Virus record (IMG/VR): IMGVR_UViG_3300010885_050098
Location: 12,358 to 76,357 of that record
DNA from: a virus
Length of the DNA: 64,000 nucleotides
Direction: 5' to 3' (one strand)
Shown: piece by piece, positions 1-8,516 of the stretch
Layout of the letters: each line of letters starts with the position of its first letter
Numbering within the stretch: the stretch's first letter is position 1
Made by a program: the position numbers and the translations under genes
Notes under the pieces: generated by a model
Seen by the model: the letters and a program-made list of their open reading frames with translations, nothing else
What the model was told of the DNA's origin: nothing
Databases searched by the model: none

Positions 1-27
1 ACTCATCAAACTGGCTTGAATCCGATT

Positions 28-321
28 TCATTTTTCGTTTTCTTTTTTACCAGCGCGACGTTTATTTTCTTTAGCGGTGTTTTTACTGCGTGAGATGGCA
101 CGAAGGTTGCTTGACTTGTCATTGCTGTGATTGTTGTCTTTGTGATCCACGGTAATGTCTTTAGATTTGATTTTTCCGTTTTTAGACTCGTAATCAGCGC
201 GGGCTTTATTTTTTGAAGTAGTAACCCATTTACCATCTACTTTTTTCTTGTAGACATAAATAGGGCGTCCTCCATTAGCGTCAGAGCCCTTGTAAGGTCC
301 AAACTTCTTTGTTTCAGCCAT
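28..321 (-). CDS. small HNH endonuclease-like protein
   Basis: TVDHKDNNHSNDKSSNL motif typical of HNH_3-type domains. Confidence 0.7.
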   Translation of the reverse strand: MAETKKFGPYKGSDANGGRPIYVYKKKVDGKWVTTSKNKARADYESKNGKIKSKDITVDHKDNNHSNDKSSNLRAISRSKNTAKENKRRAGKKENEK

Positions 322-599
322 TATTCGTTTCCGTATCTGCTTTTCCGACTACGATCAAGCCAATGCTTAGCATCTGCTCCCATACGAAGTCCTTTAGCGC
401 TTACTGGCATTTCGCCCATGGTCTTAACTTCATCTGTTGTCATCTGTGGATTTAAACCAATAATGTATCCGCCACGATCGGCATCAGATTTTACATGTGA
501 TTGCTCTTGTTCTTTAGCGCGATTCCACAATGCTGTCTGGTCTTCACCTCTGCGAAATACTACTTGACGCTTAGGGTCATTTGCTCTGTCTTTAGCCAT
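321..599 (-). CDS. hypothetical protein with N-terminal DRANDPKR motif
   Basis: ORF overlapping the next gene by 1 nt; motif shared with 24859..25062. Confidence 0.7.
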   Translation of the reverse strand: MAKDRANDPKRQVVFRRGEDQTALWNRAKEQEQSHVKSDADRGGYIIGLNPQMTTDEVKTMGEMPVSAKGLRMGADAKHWLDRSRKSRYGNE

Positions 600-608
600 G
601 TTTAAACC

Positions 609-734
609 TTACTTTGATTTTGGATAAGTATCAAGTACGGCAGCAATTCTACCGTCTTTACGAATACGAACAATCTTTCCATCTTTAATTTGGATTGGGT
701 TAAAACGAACTTTAGGCTTAAGTCCCTTAGTCAT
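609..734 (-). CDS. small basic hypothetical protein (41 aa, MTKGLKPKVRFNPIQIKDGK...)
   Basis: Read manually; fills the gap between neighbours with a TAATG overlap. Confidence 0.55.
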   Translation of the reverse strand: MTKGLKPKVRFNPIQIKDGKIVRIRKDGRIAAVLDTYPKSK

Positions 735-946
735 TATATTCCCCTTCCACTTTTGTTTAAAGCATCTGTTGCTTGAGTTGAAACTTGATATCTACCATAA
801 CTAGCACGAGGACCTGAGTACATGCCCTTCTCTACCTTGCGAGTTCCGTAAAACTCTTGAGCACGCTTGCTATTAGCATTTTTACCAAAAGCGCGTTCTT
901 CGCGAGTTTTACCTAATGCTGGATCAAACATTTGACTTATCTTCAT
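734..946 (-). CDS. small basic hypothetical protein
   Basis: ORF in a tightly packed minus-strand run. Confidence 0.6.
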   Translation of the reverse strand: MKISQMFDPALGKTREERAFGKNANSKRAQEFYGTRKVEKGMYSGPRASYGRYQVSTQATDALNKSGRGI

Positions 947-1133
947 CCATTTGAACTTCTTTTCCAGGATTAGCTAACGCACGATCTTCAGAAGGTGCTT
1001 CAGTAACTGGTTTTACAAGTTTAGATTGAATAGGACCAAAAGGAGATTTAGCCGCCATGGCGTCTTGATTTTTTCTTTCTTTCTTTTGTTCAAAACTAAC
1101 TACGTTATCAAACTGCCCTTGTGATGGATTCAT
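924..1133 (-). CDS. hypothetical protein (N-terminal MNPSQGQF)
   Basis: ATGA overlap with upstream gene; N-terminus resembles 23191..23682. Confidence 0.6.
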   Translation of the reverse strand: MNPSQGQFDNVVSFEQKKERKNQDAMAAKSPFGPIQSKLVKPVTEAPSEDRALANPGKEVQMDEDKSNV

Positions 1134-1474
1134 GACTTCTTCTTTGCACGACGAGCATTAGAGCCTTTATTAGGATTCCACTGTGCCCATGTAATAAAGT
1201 CTTTACGGCGCTTTTCTGCACCTTCAGCGCTATCGGCAACACCAGCTCCGCCTTGTGGCATATTAGCCCTCCACTTTGAAACAACCTCATCACGAGCTGG
1301 GGTGTTAGCGGAAGTTGCCGTAGTTGGTTCTGTATTAAATTCTTTTAGGCGTTCATTTGCATTTGCAATTCGATTAGGGTTTTGCTTAGCCCATGCCGCA
1401 AATTCAGCACTAGATGCACCCTCGGGTGGACGGGAGGCTTTCCAATCCTTATTATCTTTACGCTCTTTAGCCAT
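1130..1474 (-). CDS. basic hypothetical protein
   Basis: Leaderless start (TAAACT-6 nt-ATG). Confidence 0.65.
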   Translation of the reverse strand: MAKERKDNKDWKASRPPEGASSAEFAAWAKQNPNRIANANERLKEFNTEPTTATSANTPARDEVVSKWRANMPQGGAGVADSAEGAEKRRKDFITWAQWNPNKGSNARRAKKKS

Positions 1475-1483
1475 AAGTAAAGT

Positions 1484-1705
1484 TTATATGTCTAAAGGCT
1501 GGTCGTATGTCTTAAGGGCTTTAGAAAACATACTTAGAACATCCCAATATACGGATTCGTGTTTTGTAAAGAAATGAAGCCCAATTACTTTTGTATCAGT
1601 TATAGAAGGTAAACAACCGTTATTGTAGTCTTTGTACAGCAGTTTTCTAAGGGCGCCGATTTCATCGTCCCTATCTTCTTGATCCATAAGCCAAACCATA
1701 AACAT
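1484..1705 (-). CDS. YozE/SAM-like small protein
   Basis: FxxWLxxQxxRDDxIG pattern; start moved to 1705 because the longer ORF overlaps the tRNA and TACCCT-7 nt-ATG precedes 1705. Confidence 0.5.
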   Translation of the reverse strand: MFMVWLMDQEDRDDEIGALRKLLYKDYNNGCLPSITDTKVIGLHFFTKHESVYWDVLSMFSKALKTYDQPLDI

Positions 1706-1727
1706 GGAATACAGGGTAGAGCATTTG

Positions 1728-1798
1728 CTCCCAGACATGGACTCGAACCACGATTAGATGCTCCAGAGGCACCCGTCCTGCCATTAGACGATCTGGGA
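1728..1798 (-). tRNA. tRNA-Gln(CTG)
   Basis: Acceptor TCCCAGA/TCTGGGA, anticodon arm GGTGC-CTCTGGA-GCATC, T-loop GTTCGAG. Confidence 0.92.
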
Positions 1799-1802
1799 CT
1801 AT

Positions 1803-2375
1803 TTAGATGACTTTTTGCACTTTTTTCATATGACCAAGATGTACCGTAGGGTCAAGCCAGATATCAAAACCCTGGTCAACTATTTTTTTACAAAACGCTG
1901 CATCTTCGCCCTCAATATCATCGAGCACGGTTGGGGTAAACTTTAGTTCAGTCATGTTTTTCATAACATGAGCCTTAACCGCAAAAAACCCCATACCCGC
2001 ATATTTTATTTTAAATAAATCTTTTGTTACACAAACCGTGTAACCCTCAACAAAGCCCTCGTAAGTTGCGGCAGCAATTTGTCCCTCCCTCATAAAATAA
2101 CATCCAGATACAGCATCTTTATCAGATTCATAGAGTTTTACTACATCTTCAGGTTTCCAAACAATATCGGAGTCAATCCAAAAATAAACCTTGCATTCTT
2201 CATCTTTGGCTATATCAAATGTAATCTCACGAGCAACGGCTACGTGTGAAGAGAACTCTCCGTAAAAAGCCCAAGTAATCCCTTTACTCTCAAGAACTTG
2301 AATAGTTTTAAGCATGCTCTTTAGATAAAGCATCTCTACGTTAGGACCCGGTGTCAAGAACACGATATCTACCAT
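1803..2375 (-). CDS. GT-A fold glycosyltransferase
   Basis: WIDSD (DxD), GMGF, GED and GH motifs. Confidence 0.75.
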   Translation of the reverse strand: MVDIVFLTPGPNVEMLYLKSMLKTIQVLESKGITWAFYGEFSSHVAVAREITFDIAKDEECKVYFWIDSDIVWKPEDVVKLYESDKDAVSGCYFMREGQIAAATYEGFVEGYTVCVTKDLFKIKYAGMGFFAVKAHVMKNMTELKFTPTVLDDIEGEDAAFCKKIVDQGFDIWLDPTVHLGHMKKVQKVI

Positions 2376-2396
2376 TTACTTCTCCTTTTTCTTGGG

Positions 2397-2469
2397 CTGT
2401 CCCACTTGGGCTCGAACCAAGGACCTAGCGATTAACAGTCGCTCGCTCTGCCAACTGAGCTATGGGACA
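2397..2469 (-). tRNA. tRNA-Asn(GTT)
   Basis: Acceptor TGTCCCA/TGGGACA, D-arm AGCTCAGTTGGCAGAGC, anticodon arm AGCGA-CTGTTAA-TCGCT, GTTCGAG. Confidence 0.95.
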
Positions 2470-2514
2470 TCAAGCACTTAGCTTAACGCGGGCAAATATA
2501 GGTGCGATACACCC

Positions 2515-2637
2515 TTAACTGATTCGGCAATCTTCGCAGACTCGTTCTGGTATTCCATAGACGATTACTGTCTTGCAATTGTCAGCCCAATTACCACAGG
2601 TACTGCAGTAGGCTTTCTCTGTCTTTGTTTGTTGCAT
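2515..2637 (-). CDS. small Cys-rich (CxxC...CxxC) protein, 40 aa
   Basis: Read manually: MQQTKTEKAYCSTCGNWADNCKTVIVYGIPERVCEDCRIS. Confidence 0.5.
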   Translation of the reverse strand: MQQTKTEKAYCSTCGNWADNCKTVIVYGIPERVCEDCRIS

Positions 2638-2654
2638 ATTGGCCGCTTTGCAGA

Positions 2655-2858
2655 TTAAGCGTTACGAAGGATCGATGCAGCATCTTCATACGCTTCTGCA
2701 ATGACCTCTAGTGCTTCTAATGCGGCTGGATGATTGTCATGCAAATTCCACTCAATGACTTTATACATCTCATCGGCAATTCCATCAAAATCTTCTGCTG
2801 TCATGTTAATGACATTGGTTGAACCGGCCTTAAGCCAATTCCTAAACTTATTCCACAT
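2655..2858 (-). CDS. hypothetical protein
   Basis: AGGAGG RBS upstream. Confidence 0.65.
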   Translation of the reverse strand: MWNKFRNWLKAGSTNVINMTAEDFDGIADEMYKVIEWNLHDNHPAALEALEVIAEAYEDAASILRNA

Positions 2859-2902
2859 AGTTCCTCCTAAGGATCTAAACGGAATAGTACTACAGAATGA
2901 AA

Positions 2903-3277
2903 CTAGTCGTTTTCATCAATCTTTGGGGTTTTAACTGACATCGGCTTGTTTCTTGCACGATCTTGCGCTGGGCTTATAACTCTGTCAAAAACAACTGATT
3001 CAGGCATGTCACTAGAGACTCGATTGAACTGACGAGACTGTGTCTTAATCTGACGAGGTTCAGCCTCACCGGGCGCAGTCTGCATCAATGCAGCCAACTC
3101 ATCACGAGAAAAATCTTTAGTAGGGCGATTAGCAATCTTTTCTGAAGCGGCTAATCCTTCAGCAATTTCTGCAGGTTTTAATTTAGCTTCACGGCTTCCT
3201 CCACCTTTACCCATAGGGGCAACCTTCTTGCCTTTAAGGGGAGGGAGTTTCTTGTAGCGTTCCTGCTTTTTAGCCAT
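2903..3277 (-). CDS. basic hypothetical protein
   Basis: Leaderless start TACTCT-6 nt-ATG. Confidence 0.65.
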   Translation of the reverse strand: MAKKQERYKKLPPLKGKKVAPMGKGGGSREAKLKPAEIAEGLAASEKIANRPTKDFSRDELAALMQTAPGEAEPRQIKTQSRQFNRVSSDMPESVVFDRVISPAQDRARNKPMSVKTPKIDEND

Positions 3278-3289
3278 GTATAAAGAGTA

Positions 3290-3547
3290 CTAGAGAGGTT
3301 CCCCATTTTTGCACGATTCGCATGTGTACTGCTTAGATCCGCAAATTCTCATTCCGCAGTCGTAGTACCACTGACCCATATCTTCAACTTCTAGGGCTTT
3401 ACCCATGGATTGAATTAAGTTTTGAAGTTGTATGGACATACCTGAATGGATCAACTTATCTTCAGGAAGTAGGGTTTGGTAATCCTCTGAATCAAGTTTG
3501 TCGTAAGCGGCAGAAAAGATTCCAGCAATTTTGTCTAAATCAATCAT
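3290..3547 (-). CDS. hypothetical protein with C-terminal Cys cluster
   Basis: ORF; first gene of the leftward unit. Confidence 0.55.
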   Translation of the reverse strand: MIDLDKIAGIFSAAYDKLDSEDYQTLLPEDKLIHSGMSIQLQNLIQSMGKALEVEDMGQWYYDCGMRICGSKQYTCESCKNGEPL

Positions 3548-3752
3548 TAAGGGTATTCACATCTCGATAGGGGCAGAAGGTATCTGCAAGTTTACATTTC
3601 AGTTTAGGGTCACATACCTTGCAGACATTCTGCAAATCGTCACAATAGCAAGTACAGCACTCTGGATCAGTACAACAATTACAATCTGCCATGGGGAGAA
3701 CATAGCAGGCGGGCTACTGTGTGGCAAATTTCCCCATGTTAGTATTCCCCCT

Positions 3753-4637
3753 ATGAGAGAAGTACAGCCATGTGGGACCGAGGCGGGCTATAAGCGCCAT
3801 AAGTACTACAAGGAAGAAAAGTGTCAACCATGTAAGGATGCTCACAACATCTACCGCAGAGCCCACTACAACAAGGATTCAAACGCGGTAGCGGGTAGAA
3901 AATACAAGGAAAAAACAAACGCGCCTAAAAAACTAAAGAAAGCTAGAAAAGCTCTCCTTATCGATCTTTACAAGTTAATCGAAGTCAAGAGGTACAAGGA
4001 GTACCTTCAAATTAAAGAACGAGCTAAGGCTGTTGGTTATCCTCCAATTATCATCACAGATCGCGAGCCTAAAGAATCTAGAGAAGAAATTACAGAAAGA
4101 GCCAATGCTAGACGTCAAGCGCAGATTGAGCGTTCAATTGCTATCAAAACTAAACGAGCAATTGCTAGAGCAGAACAAGAAGAGATTTTAAAGCAAAAAC
4201 GTGCTGAGCGAGTTAAAAAGAAAAACCAGCATGGTGTTGCCATGGGTGACTACGATAGGTGTAGAAAATTAAACGGTATTGCGTGTGATCCGTGTAAAGC
4301 CTATGTTGCTAAATATATGCGAGAGTATGCTCGTAAGAATCCTGAGAAGACTCGTGAGTGGAGCAGGGGTCAAAACAGAAGACGTGATAAGCGAATTCAA
4401 GCAAATGGCTTTGAGTTTTACAATACTGATGATGTTCTTCGCAAATGGGGCTATGACTGCCACATCTGCAATGAGCCAATCGATTTCAAGGTTTCACGGC
4501 AATGCGGCGATCCCGGTTGGGAAAGAGGACTGCATTTGGATCACGTATTGCCAATTAGTAAAGGTGGAGCTGACGTGCTCGAGAATGTAAAACCTGCACA
4601 TGCCAAGTGCAATGTCTACAAACGCGATCTCGTGTAA
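3753..4637 (+). CDS. HNH endonuclease with two N-terminal Cys/His (CGT..Y.RH..C..C) modules
   Basis: C-terminal CHIC...LDHVLPISKGG...N...AH..CN; start at ATG 3753 supported by TAGTAT-7 nt-ATG. Confidence 0.8.
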   Translation: MREVQPCGTEAGYKRHKYYKEEKCQPCKDAHNIYRRAHYNKDSNAVAGRKYKEKTNAPKKLKKARKALLIDLYKLIEVKRYKEYLQIKERAKAVGYPPIIITDREPKESREEITERANARRQAQIERSIAIKTKRAIARAEQEEILKQKRAERVKKKNQHGVAMGDYDRCRKLNGIACDPCKAYVAKYMREYARKNPEKTREWSRGQNRRRDKRIQANGFEFYNTDDVLRKWGYDCHICNEPIDFKVSRQCGDPGWERGLHLDHVLPISKGGADVLENVKPAHAKCNVYKRDLV

Positions 4638-4752
4638 CGATGCGCGGCTACTGTATAGACCAAAAATACGTCACCAGTTTTTGATACCTGGTGCCCCCCG
4701 CTCTCGGGCGTGTCGTTTAAGGGTGGGGGGGTCTGCTGGGGGGTAGACCAGC

Positions 4753-4768
4753 TCGAACACCTGTTCGA
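4753..4768. promoter_or_regulatory. LexA SOS box (TCGAAC-N4-GTTCGA)
   Basis: TCGAACACCTGTTCGA, exact actinobacterial consensus. Confidence 0.85.
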
Positions 4769-4778
4769 ATAACTATCT

Positions 4779-4861
4779 TGCAAACTCTATTGACCCGACC
4801 CTATGCGCTCGCGTATGTTTCTCCTATCGCACACAAGTGCGAACGAACCGCAAAGGGGCTG
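4779..4861 (+). promoter_or_regulatory. cassette promoter 1: TGCAAACTCTA box, -35 TTGACC, -10 TATGTT, 5' hairpin, AAAGGGGCTG RBS
   Basis: Same architecture recurs at 5965, 6565, 7271, 8014, 8744, 9530, 10877 and 12707. Confidence 0.8.
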
Positions 4862-4864
4862 TAT

Positions 4865-5038
4865 ATGACACGCAAGGACTTCGAGTTAATCGCTCAAGTA
4901 ATCAAAGCACAACGCAAGCCACACAATGACACCGCAACACTCGACGAATTAACTCGCGAGTTTGCCTACGCACTAGCCGACACTAACCCACGCTTCGACA
5001 CTCACCGCTTCATCGAGGCTTGCAAGGTGAGCGCATGA
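4865..5038 (+). CDS. small phage protein (MTRKDFELIA...NPRFD..RF..AC)
   Basis: ATG follows the cassette RBS. Confidence 0.75.
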   Translation: MTRKDFELIAQVIKAQRKPHNDTATLDELTREFAYALADTNPRFDTHRFIEACKVSA

Positions 5039-5220
5039 AACTCAACCGACGAGGCGAGCGCGTTCTCGCGTTCTACATATTCTTCACAATGGCGCTGTTC
5101 GCTGGCGTTCTAGTAATGGGGGCAAACTTCCTACTTACTCATCACCAAGTAATCGACCAATCAACCTGCCACCAAACGGAGGACGGGTTGTCTTGCAAAT
5201 GGAATTGGGAGGCAAAATGA
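5035..5220 (+). CDS. small membrane protein
   Basis: ATGA overlap; one hydrophobic segment. Confidence 0.7.
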   Translation: MKLNRRGERVLAFYIFFTMALFAGVLVMGANFLLTHHQVIDQSTCHQTEDGLSCKWNWEAK

Positions 5221-5561
5221 CACAAGGAACCGAATTCAGAAAGGCGCAAGCCGAAGCACTAGCCAACCGCACCGCGTGTTGGATATGCAAGAACTACTTC
5301 GACCGCAAGGCAGGCGAGATGTCCTATCTCCTCGCTTATGTATTCGTCGGCAAAGTGGGAACTCTTGAACAAGAGATAACCGCTTACAACTTCGACAAGG
5401 TAGAAGACACTCGCAAGCCCGTCTTCGAGAAGCAATCTCACCTTGTCTGTAATCTGTGCGAGGAGAACCATGTTCTCGCCTACGCTGTGGAGAATATCTA
5501 CCCTAACGGCGGATACCACTCAACTCGCAAAGCAACCGACCTTCTATGGGATGAGGCGTAA
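5217..5561 (+). CDS. hypothetical protein with two CxxC motifs
   Basis: ATGA overlap, GGAGG RBS. Confidence 0.7.
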   Translation: MTQGTEFRKAQAEALANRTACWICKNYFDRKAGEMSYLLAYVFVGKVGTLEQEITAYNFDKVEDTRKPVFEKQSHLVCNLCEENHVLAYAVENIYPNGGYHSTRKATDLLWDEA

Positions 5562-5824
5562 TGAAACGCGAGGACTTAGAGAAAATGATTCACTTCATGG
5601 CTGGCGGAGTAGAAACCGCAGACGAGATCAAATTCGTAGATAAACACCTCGAAGGCTTTAACACCTTCCTACTGGATATGACTACTCACCGATTGGTTCA
5701 AGCTGGGATTGAGCTCGAGGAAGCTCAGTCCATGCTGCAAGGCCTGGTTCAAGTGAGCCGCATGCTCGGAGCTTCTCAGTTCCAAGAGTTCGTGCAGTTT
5801 CATCAAATCGTAGACCAAATATAA
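5561..5824 (+). CDS. hypothetical protein
   Basis: TAATG overlap; followed by a terminator. Confidence 0.7.
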   Translation: MKREDLEKMIHFMAGGVETADEIKFVDKHLEGFNTFLLDMTTHRLVQAGIELEEAQSMLQGLVQVSRMLGASQFQEFVQFHQIVDQI

Positions 5825-5828
5825 ATAG

Positions 5829-5866
5829 AAGGGCGTCCGCTGATCCTGGCGGGCGCTCTTTTTTTA
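5829..5866 (+). terminator. intrinsic terminator
   Basis: GGGCGTCCGC...GCGGGCGCTC stem plus T-run. Confidence 0.75.
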
Positions 5867-5885
5867 TGCGCCGCGCCGGGGCGCC

Positions 5886-5946
5886 AAATGTTTGTGTTGG
5901 AACCCGCCCTCCCTGTTCCTAATCCCTAAAGGGAAGGGGGAGAGAC
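5886..5946 (+). repeat. intergenic repeat element copy A (ATGTTTGTGTTG-CCCnCCCnCCC-hairpin-GAGAGA)
   Basis: Homologous copies at 7168, 7935, 8654, 9447 (inverted), 10784 and 12200. Confidence 0.85.
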
Positions 5947-5964
5947 GCCGGGCAGAAATTGGTC

Positions 5965-6049
5965 TGCAAACTCTATTGAATATGTCGGTGGTAGATGATT
6001 GAGTTCTCTCATGGCAAGCAACAAGGCAAGCCATTATAGATTGGGGCTG
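5965..6049 (+). promoter_or_regulatory. cassette promoter 2
   Basis: TGCAAACTCTATTGAAT ... GGGGCTG RBS. Confidence 0.75.
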
Positions 6050-6051
6050 TT

Positions 6052-6522
6052 ATGGGTCTTGATATGTATCTCCACGCTAAGAAGTATGTTAGCGGTTGGT
6101 CGCATGAGAAGGATACGAGCGAGTACCAAAGACTACGCGCTCTTTATCCTGAAGTCGAGATTGACGAGGGTTCTCCTTCGATTGAACTCGTCTTTACTGT
6201 TGGGTATTGGCGCAAGGCTAATGCCATTCATAGTTGGTTCGTTCAGAATGTCCAAGAAGGGCAAGATGATTGCAAGCCGTACTATGTTGAACCAACCGAC
6301 TTAATGAAGTTGAAGGAAGCATGCAGTTTGGAACTTCTAGTTCCTGCTGGTGGTGCTGGTGGTGGTGTTCTTGAACCTACTGCTGGTTTCTTTTTTGGTA
6401 ATGCCGAACGCGACGATTGGTATTACGAAAATCTTAATCGCACAATTCAGATTGTGGATAAGTGCCTAGCACTTCCGCAAGACGGCTGGCATTGGTCTTT
6501 CGAATATCAGTCTAGTTGGTAA
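6052..6522 (+). CDS. conserved phage hypothetical protein (MGLDMYL...YWRKANAIH...GFFFG family)
   Basis: Recognisable phage motif pattern; RBS present. Confidence 0.8.
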   Translation: MGLDMYLHAKKYVSGWSHEKDTSEYQRLRALYPEVEIDEGSPSIELVFTVGYWRKANAIHSWFVQNVQEGQDDCKPYYVEPTDLMKLKEACSLELLVPAGGAGGGVLEPTAGFFFGNAERDDWYYENLNRTIQIVDKCLALPQDGWHWSFEYQSSW

Positions 6523-6534
6523 TCCGTCGAAGGG

Positions 6535-6564
6535 AAGCGCCTCAGAAATGGGGCGCTTTTCTTT
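6535..6564 (+). terminator. intrinsic terminator
   Basis: AGCGCCTCA-GAAA-TGGGGCGCT plus T-run. Confidence 0.8.
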
Positions 6565-6646
6565 TGCAAACTCTATTGTATTTATTCAGTAGATGATTTA
6601 AGTTTCTCTTATCAGCGCAAGTCGCGTTGATATTTTCTTAGGGGGT
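6565..6646 (+). promoter_or_regulatory. cassette promoter 3
   Basis: TGCAAACTCTA-TTGTAT-17 nt-TAAGTT; hairpin ATCAGCGC/GCGTTGAT. Confidence 0.75.
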
Positions 6647-6650
6647 TAGC

Positions 6651-6902
6651 ATGGCAAACGATTTTTGGAATAAGTATTACGGCTCTTTCGTTGGAGCAAA
6701 GATTGTGAAGTTCGTTGGCATGAATACTGAGGACGATATGGGAGATGGTTTCCCTGAGTTCGAAGTCAAGTTCGCAGATGGCGAGATTGGGATTATCTCT
6801 ATCTCACAAGACCCTGAAGGTAATGGTGGCGGATTTATATTCGGCTTAGCATTACCACAAGACCACCCACAAGGTGGGGAAGTGAGGACACTCAATGCCT
6901 AG
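6651..6902 (+). CDS. hypothetical protein (QDPEGNGGG motif)
   Basis: Follows promoter and RBS. Confidence 0.75.
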   Translation: MANDFWNKYYGSFVGAKIVKFVGMNTEDDMGDGFPEFEVKFADGEIGIISISQDPEGNGGGFIFGLALPQDHPQGGEVRTLNA

Positions 6903-7083
6903 ATTAGAAATCGGTGACAAGTATGTCACTCAGAAGTCGGGTGTCGAAGGGATTATCCTTGAGATAGTCCCGAACGATACTGGATCCGTTCGCTTGCGGT
7001 TGGTAACACCTGCCCTTGAAACTCGTTGGACAACCTATGTCCCCGAGCGATTGGGACAAGTAAAGGTTTCATCAGCCCCCTGA
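6895..7083 (+). CDS. small beta-rich (SH3-like) protein; paralogue of 24859..25062
   Basis: Shared GDxYxTxxSGVxGxIxEIVPNxTG...RWTT. Confidence 0.75.
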   Translation: MPRLEIGDKYVTQKSGVEGIILEIVPNDTGSVRLRLVTPALETRWTTYVPERLGQVKVSSAP

Positions 7084-7088
7084 TTGAA

Positions 7089-7117
7089 AACTCCTGAGCA
7101 TGAGTTAAAAGTGCTCA
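7089..7117 (+). ncRNA. predicted compact H-type RNA pseudoknot
   Basis: S1 AACTC/GAGTT, S2 TGAGCAT/GTGCTCA, 1-nt L1, AAAA L3. Confidence 0.55.
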
Positions 7118-7121
7118 ACCA

Positions 7122-7168
7122 AAAAGCTCGTGGATCCTGGCACCGCGCCGGGAGCTGCGAGCTTTTTT
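7122..7168 (+). terminator. intrinsic terminator containing GGATCCTGGC
   Basis: AAAAAGCTCG...CGAGCTTTTTT. Confidence 0.7.
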
Positions 7169-7230
7169 GTTTGTGTTGAGACCCACCCTCCCTGTCTCTG
7201 ACTTACTTCGTAAGGGAGTTGTTGGAGAGA
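7168..7230 (+). repeat. intergenic repeat element copy B
   Basis: TGTTTGTGTTG-AGA-CCCACCCTCCC ... CTTAC-TTC-GTAAG ... GAGAGA. Confidence 0.85.
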
Positions 7231-7244
7231 TGCCGGGCGCAAGC

Positions 7245-7260
7245 TCGAACAGATGTTCGA
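7245..7260. promoter_or_regulatory. LexA SOS box
   Basis: TCGAACAGATGTTCGA, exact consensus; same offset to the TGCAAAC box as at 4753. Confidence 0.85.
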
Positions 7261-7270
7261 AAAAATAGTT

Positions 7271-7350
7271 TGCAAACTCTATTGAAAGTAGGAGAGCGAG
7301 CGCATAATGTTCTACCTATCAGCGCAAGGTGCGTTGATTGAAAGGGGCTG
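7271..7350 (+). promoter_or_regulatory. cassette promoter 4
   Basis: TGCAAACTCTA-TTGAAA-17 nt-TAATGT; hairpin; AAAGGGGCTG. Confidence 0.8.
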
Positions 7351-7354
7351 TAAA

Positions 7355-7810
7355 GTGCTAACGAATAAACAAGCACTTCAGGCTTATACGGAAATCGTAG
7401 AAGCCTACGCAAGCAACGAACCCTTGCCGACTACTTCGGTGAATATGTTCGTTGAAAGTATCAAAGACTTACAAGTCCGCGATTATCTCCTAGGTCATGC
7501 TCCAACGACCTTCGGTGCTCAGGGTGCGATTGAATTCGTAACCTCTATCCTTCCGCTAGTAGATGAGGGCGCTCGCGCTCCCTTCTACACTGTATTGTCT
7601 GCCTTCTATTATGAGGCTGGCGATAGCGAACTCGCGTTCGTATCATTAGTTCAAGCACAATTGCTTGACCCACAATATGCTCTAGCAAAATTGTTTGAGC
7701 GTGTTTACAAGGCTGGTTGGCCAGCCACCGCACTCGCGCAATTGCGCGTTGAACTTCACCCAAAGGTTGCAGAAACCTTTGAGGTTGAAACCGAGTTGGA
7801 GTTCGCGTAA
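7355..7810 (+). CDS. DUF4192-like helical protein
   Basis: D.QVRD...AP..T..A..Y..G...LA...L..A...DP.Y.LA.L pattern; GTG after RBS. Confidence 0.6.
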   Translation: MLTNKQALQAYTEIVEAYASNEPLPTTSVNMFVESIKDLQVRDYLLGHAPTTFGAQGAIEFVTSILPLVDEGARAPFYTVLSAFYYEAGDSELAFVSLVQAQLLDPQYALAKLFERVYKAGWPATALAQLRVELHPKVAETFEVETELEFA

Positions 7811-7821
7811 CTTCAGCCCCG

Positions 7822-7856
7822 AAGCCCCTCGGCAGAAATGCCGGGGGGCTTTTTTA
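7822..7856 (+). terminator. intrinsic terminator
   Basis: AAGCCCCTCGGCA-GAAA-TGCCGGGGGGCTT plus T-run. Confidence 0.8.
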
Positions 7857-7934
7857 ATTTCCGGATCCTGGCGCCGGCAGCTGAGATCCAGGCAGCTGTT
7901 TTTTTAGGGCGCCAAATAATATTTCCCGATGCCT

Positions 7935-7997
7935 AATGTTTGTGTTGGACAGCCCTCCCACCCTGTCTAACCCTTTCAGGGAATTAGGAGGAGAGAG
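7935..7997 (+). repeat. intergenic repeat element copy C
   Basis: AATGTTTGTGTTGG...CCCTCCCACCC...CCCT-TTC-AGGG...GAGAGA. Confidence 0.85.
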
Positions 7998-8013
7998 TTG
8001 CCCAGGAATAGTT

Positions 8014-8094
8014 CGCAAACTCTATTTACAAGTGGGTGCGCTGCGTGGGAGAGTTCATCTGTTGGAGAAGCCAAGTATCCGACAAGAAGGGCTG
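8014..8094 (+). promoter_or_regulatory. cassette promoter 5
   Basis: CGCAAACTCTATTTACA ... TGTTGGA/TCCGACA hairpin ... AAGGGCTG. Confidence 0.7.
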
Positions 8095-8099
8095 TTGAT

Positions 8100-8516
8100 A
8101 TGGCTAGGGCTATGTCTGTGAAAGTGCCAACCGCAAAAGTAATTGCCGCGTTGGAAGCAAGACTCGTAAAGACTCAAACCGAGTGGGACAATCGGGGCGA
8201 GGCTGAAGCAAAGTTCCAAGATGAACACAAGGCTTGGAGTGAAGAAATGAAGAAGTGGGCTGTTGCTCGCATCTCTAAAGCAGAGAATCTTCGTGCTAAT
8301 TATCGTTCGTGGAGTAATCAAGTCAATATCGACTTTGACCTCTCTACCAAAGATGGGGACTTCCCTATCGAGCCAAATCGCGAACACGAAAGTCGTGCGG
8401 AGTGGCAAGTCAAGGCTGAGGTTGAGGAAATCACCAACGCTCTAAATATCTTGCGTATGACTGACGAGGAATATGTAAATGCCTCGACTATGAAGTCAAT
8501 CTCGCAATATCTATAA
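8100..8516 (+). CDS. hypothetical protein
   Basis: ATG at 8100 follows the cassette RBS. Confidence 0.75.
   Translation: MARAMSVKVPTAKVIAALEARLVKTQTEWDNRGEAEAKFQDEHKAWSEEMKKWAVARISKAENLRANYRSWSNQVNIDFDLSTKDGDFPIEPNREHESRAEWQVKAEVEEITNALNILRMTDEEYVNASTMKSISQYL

Noticed and set aside
3531-3752. N-terminal extension of the HNH ORF and other long alternative starts (4778, 7307, 7998)
   Set aside because: They run through promoter and regulatory DNA; downstream starts have proper RBS or leaderless signals.
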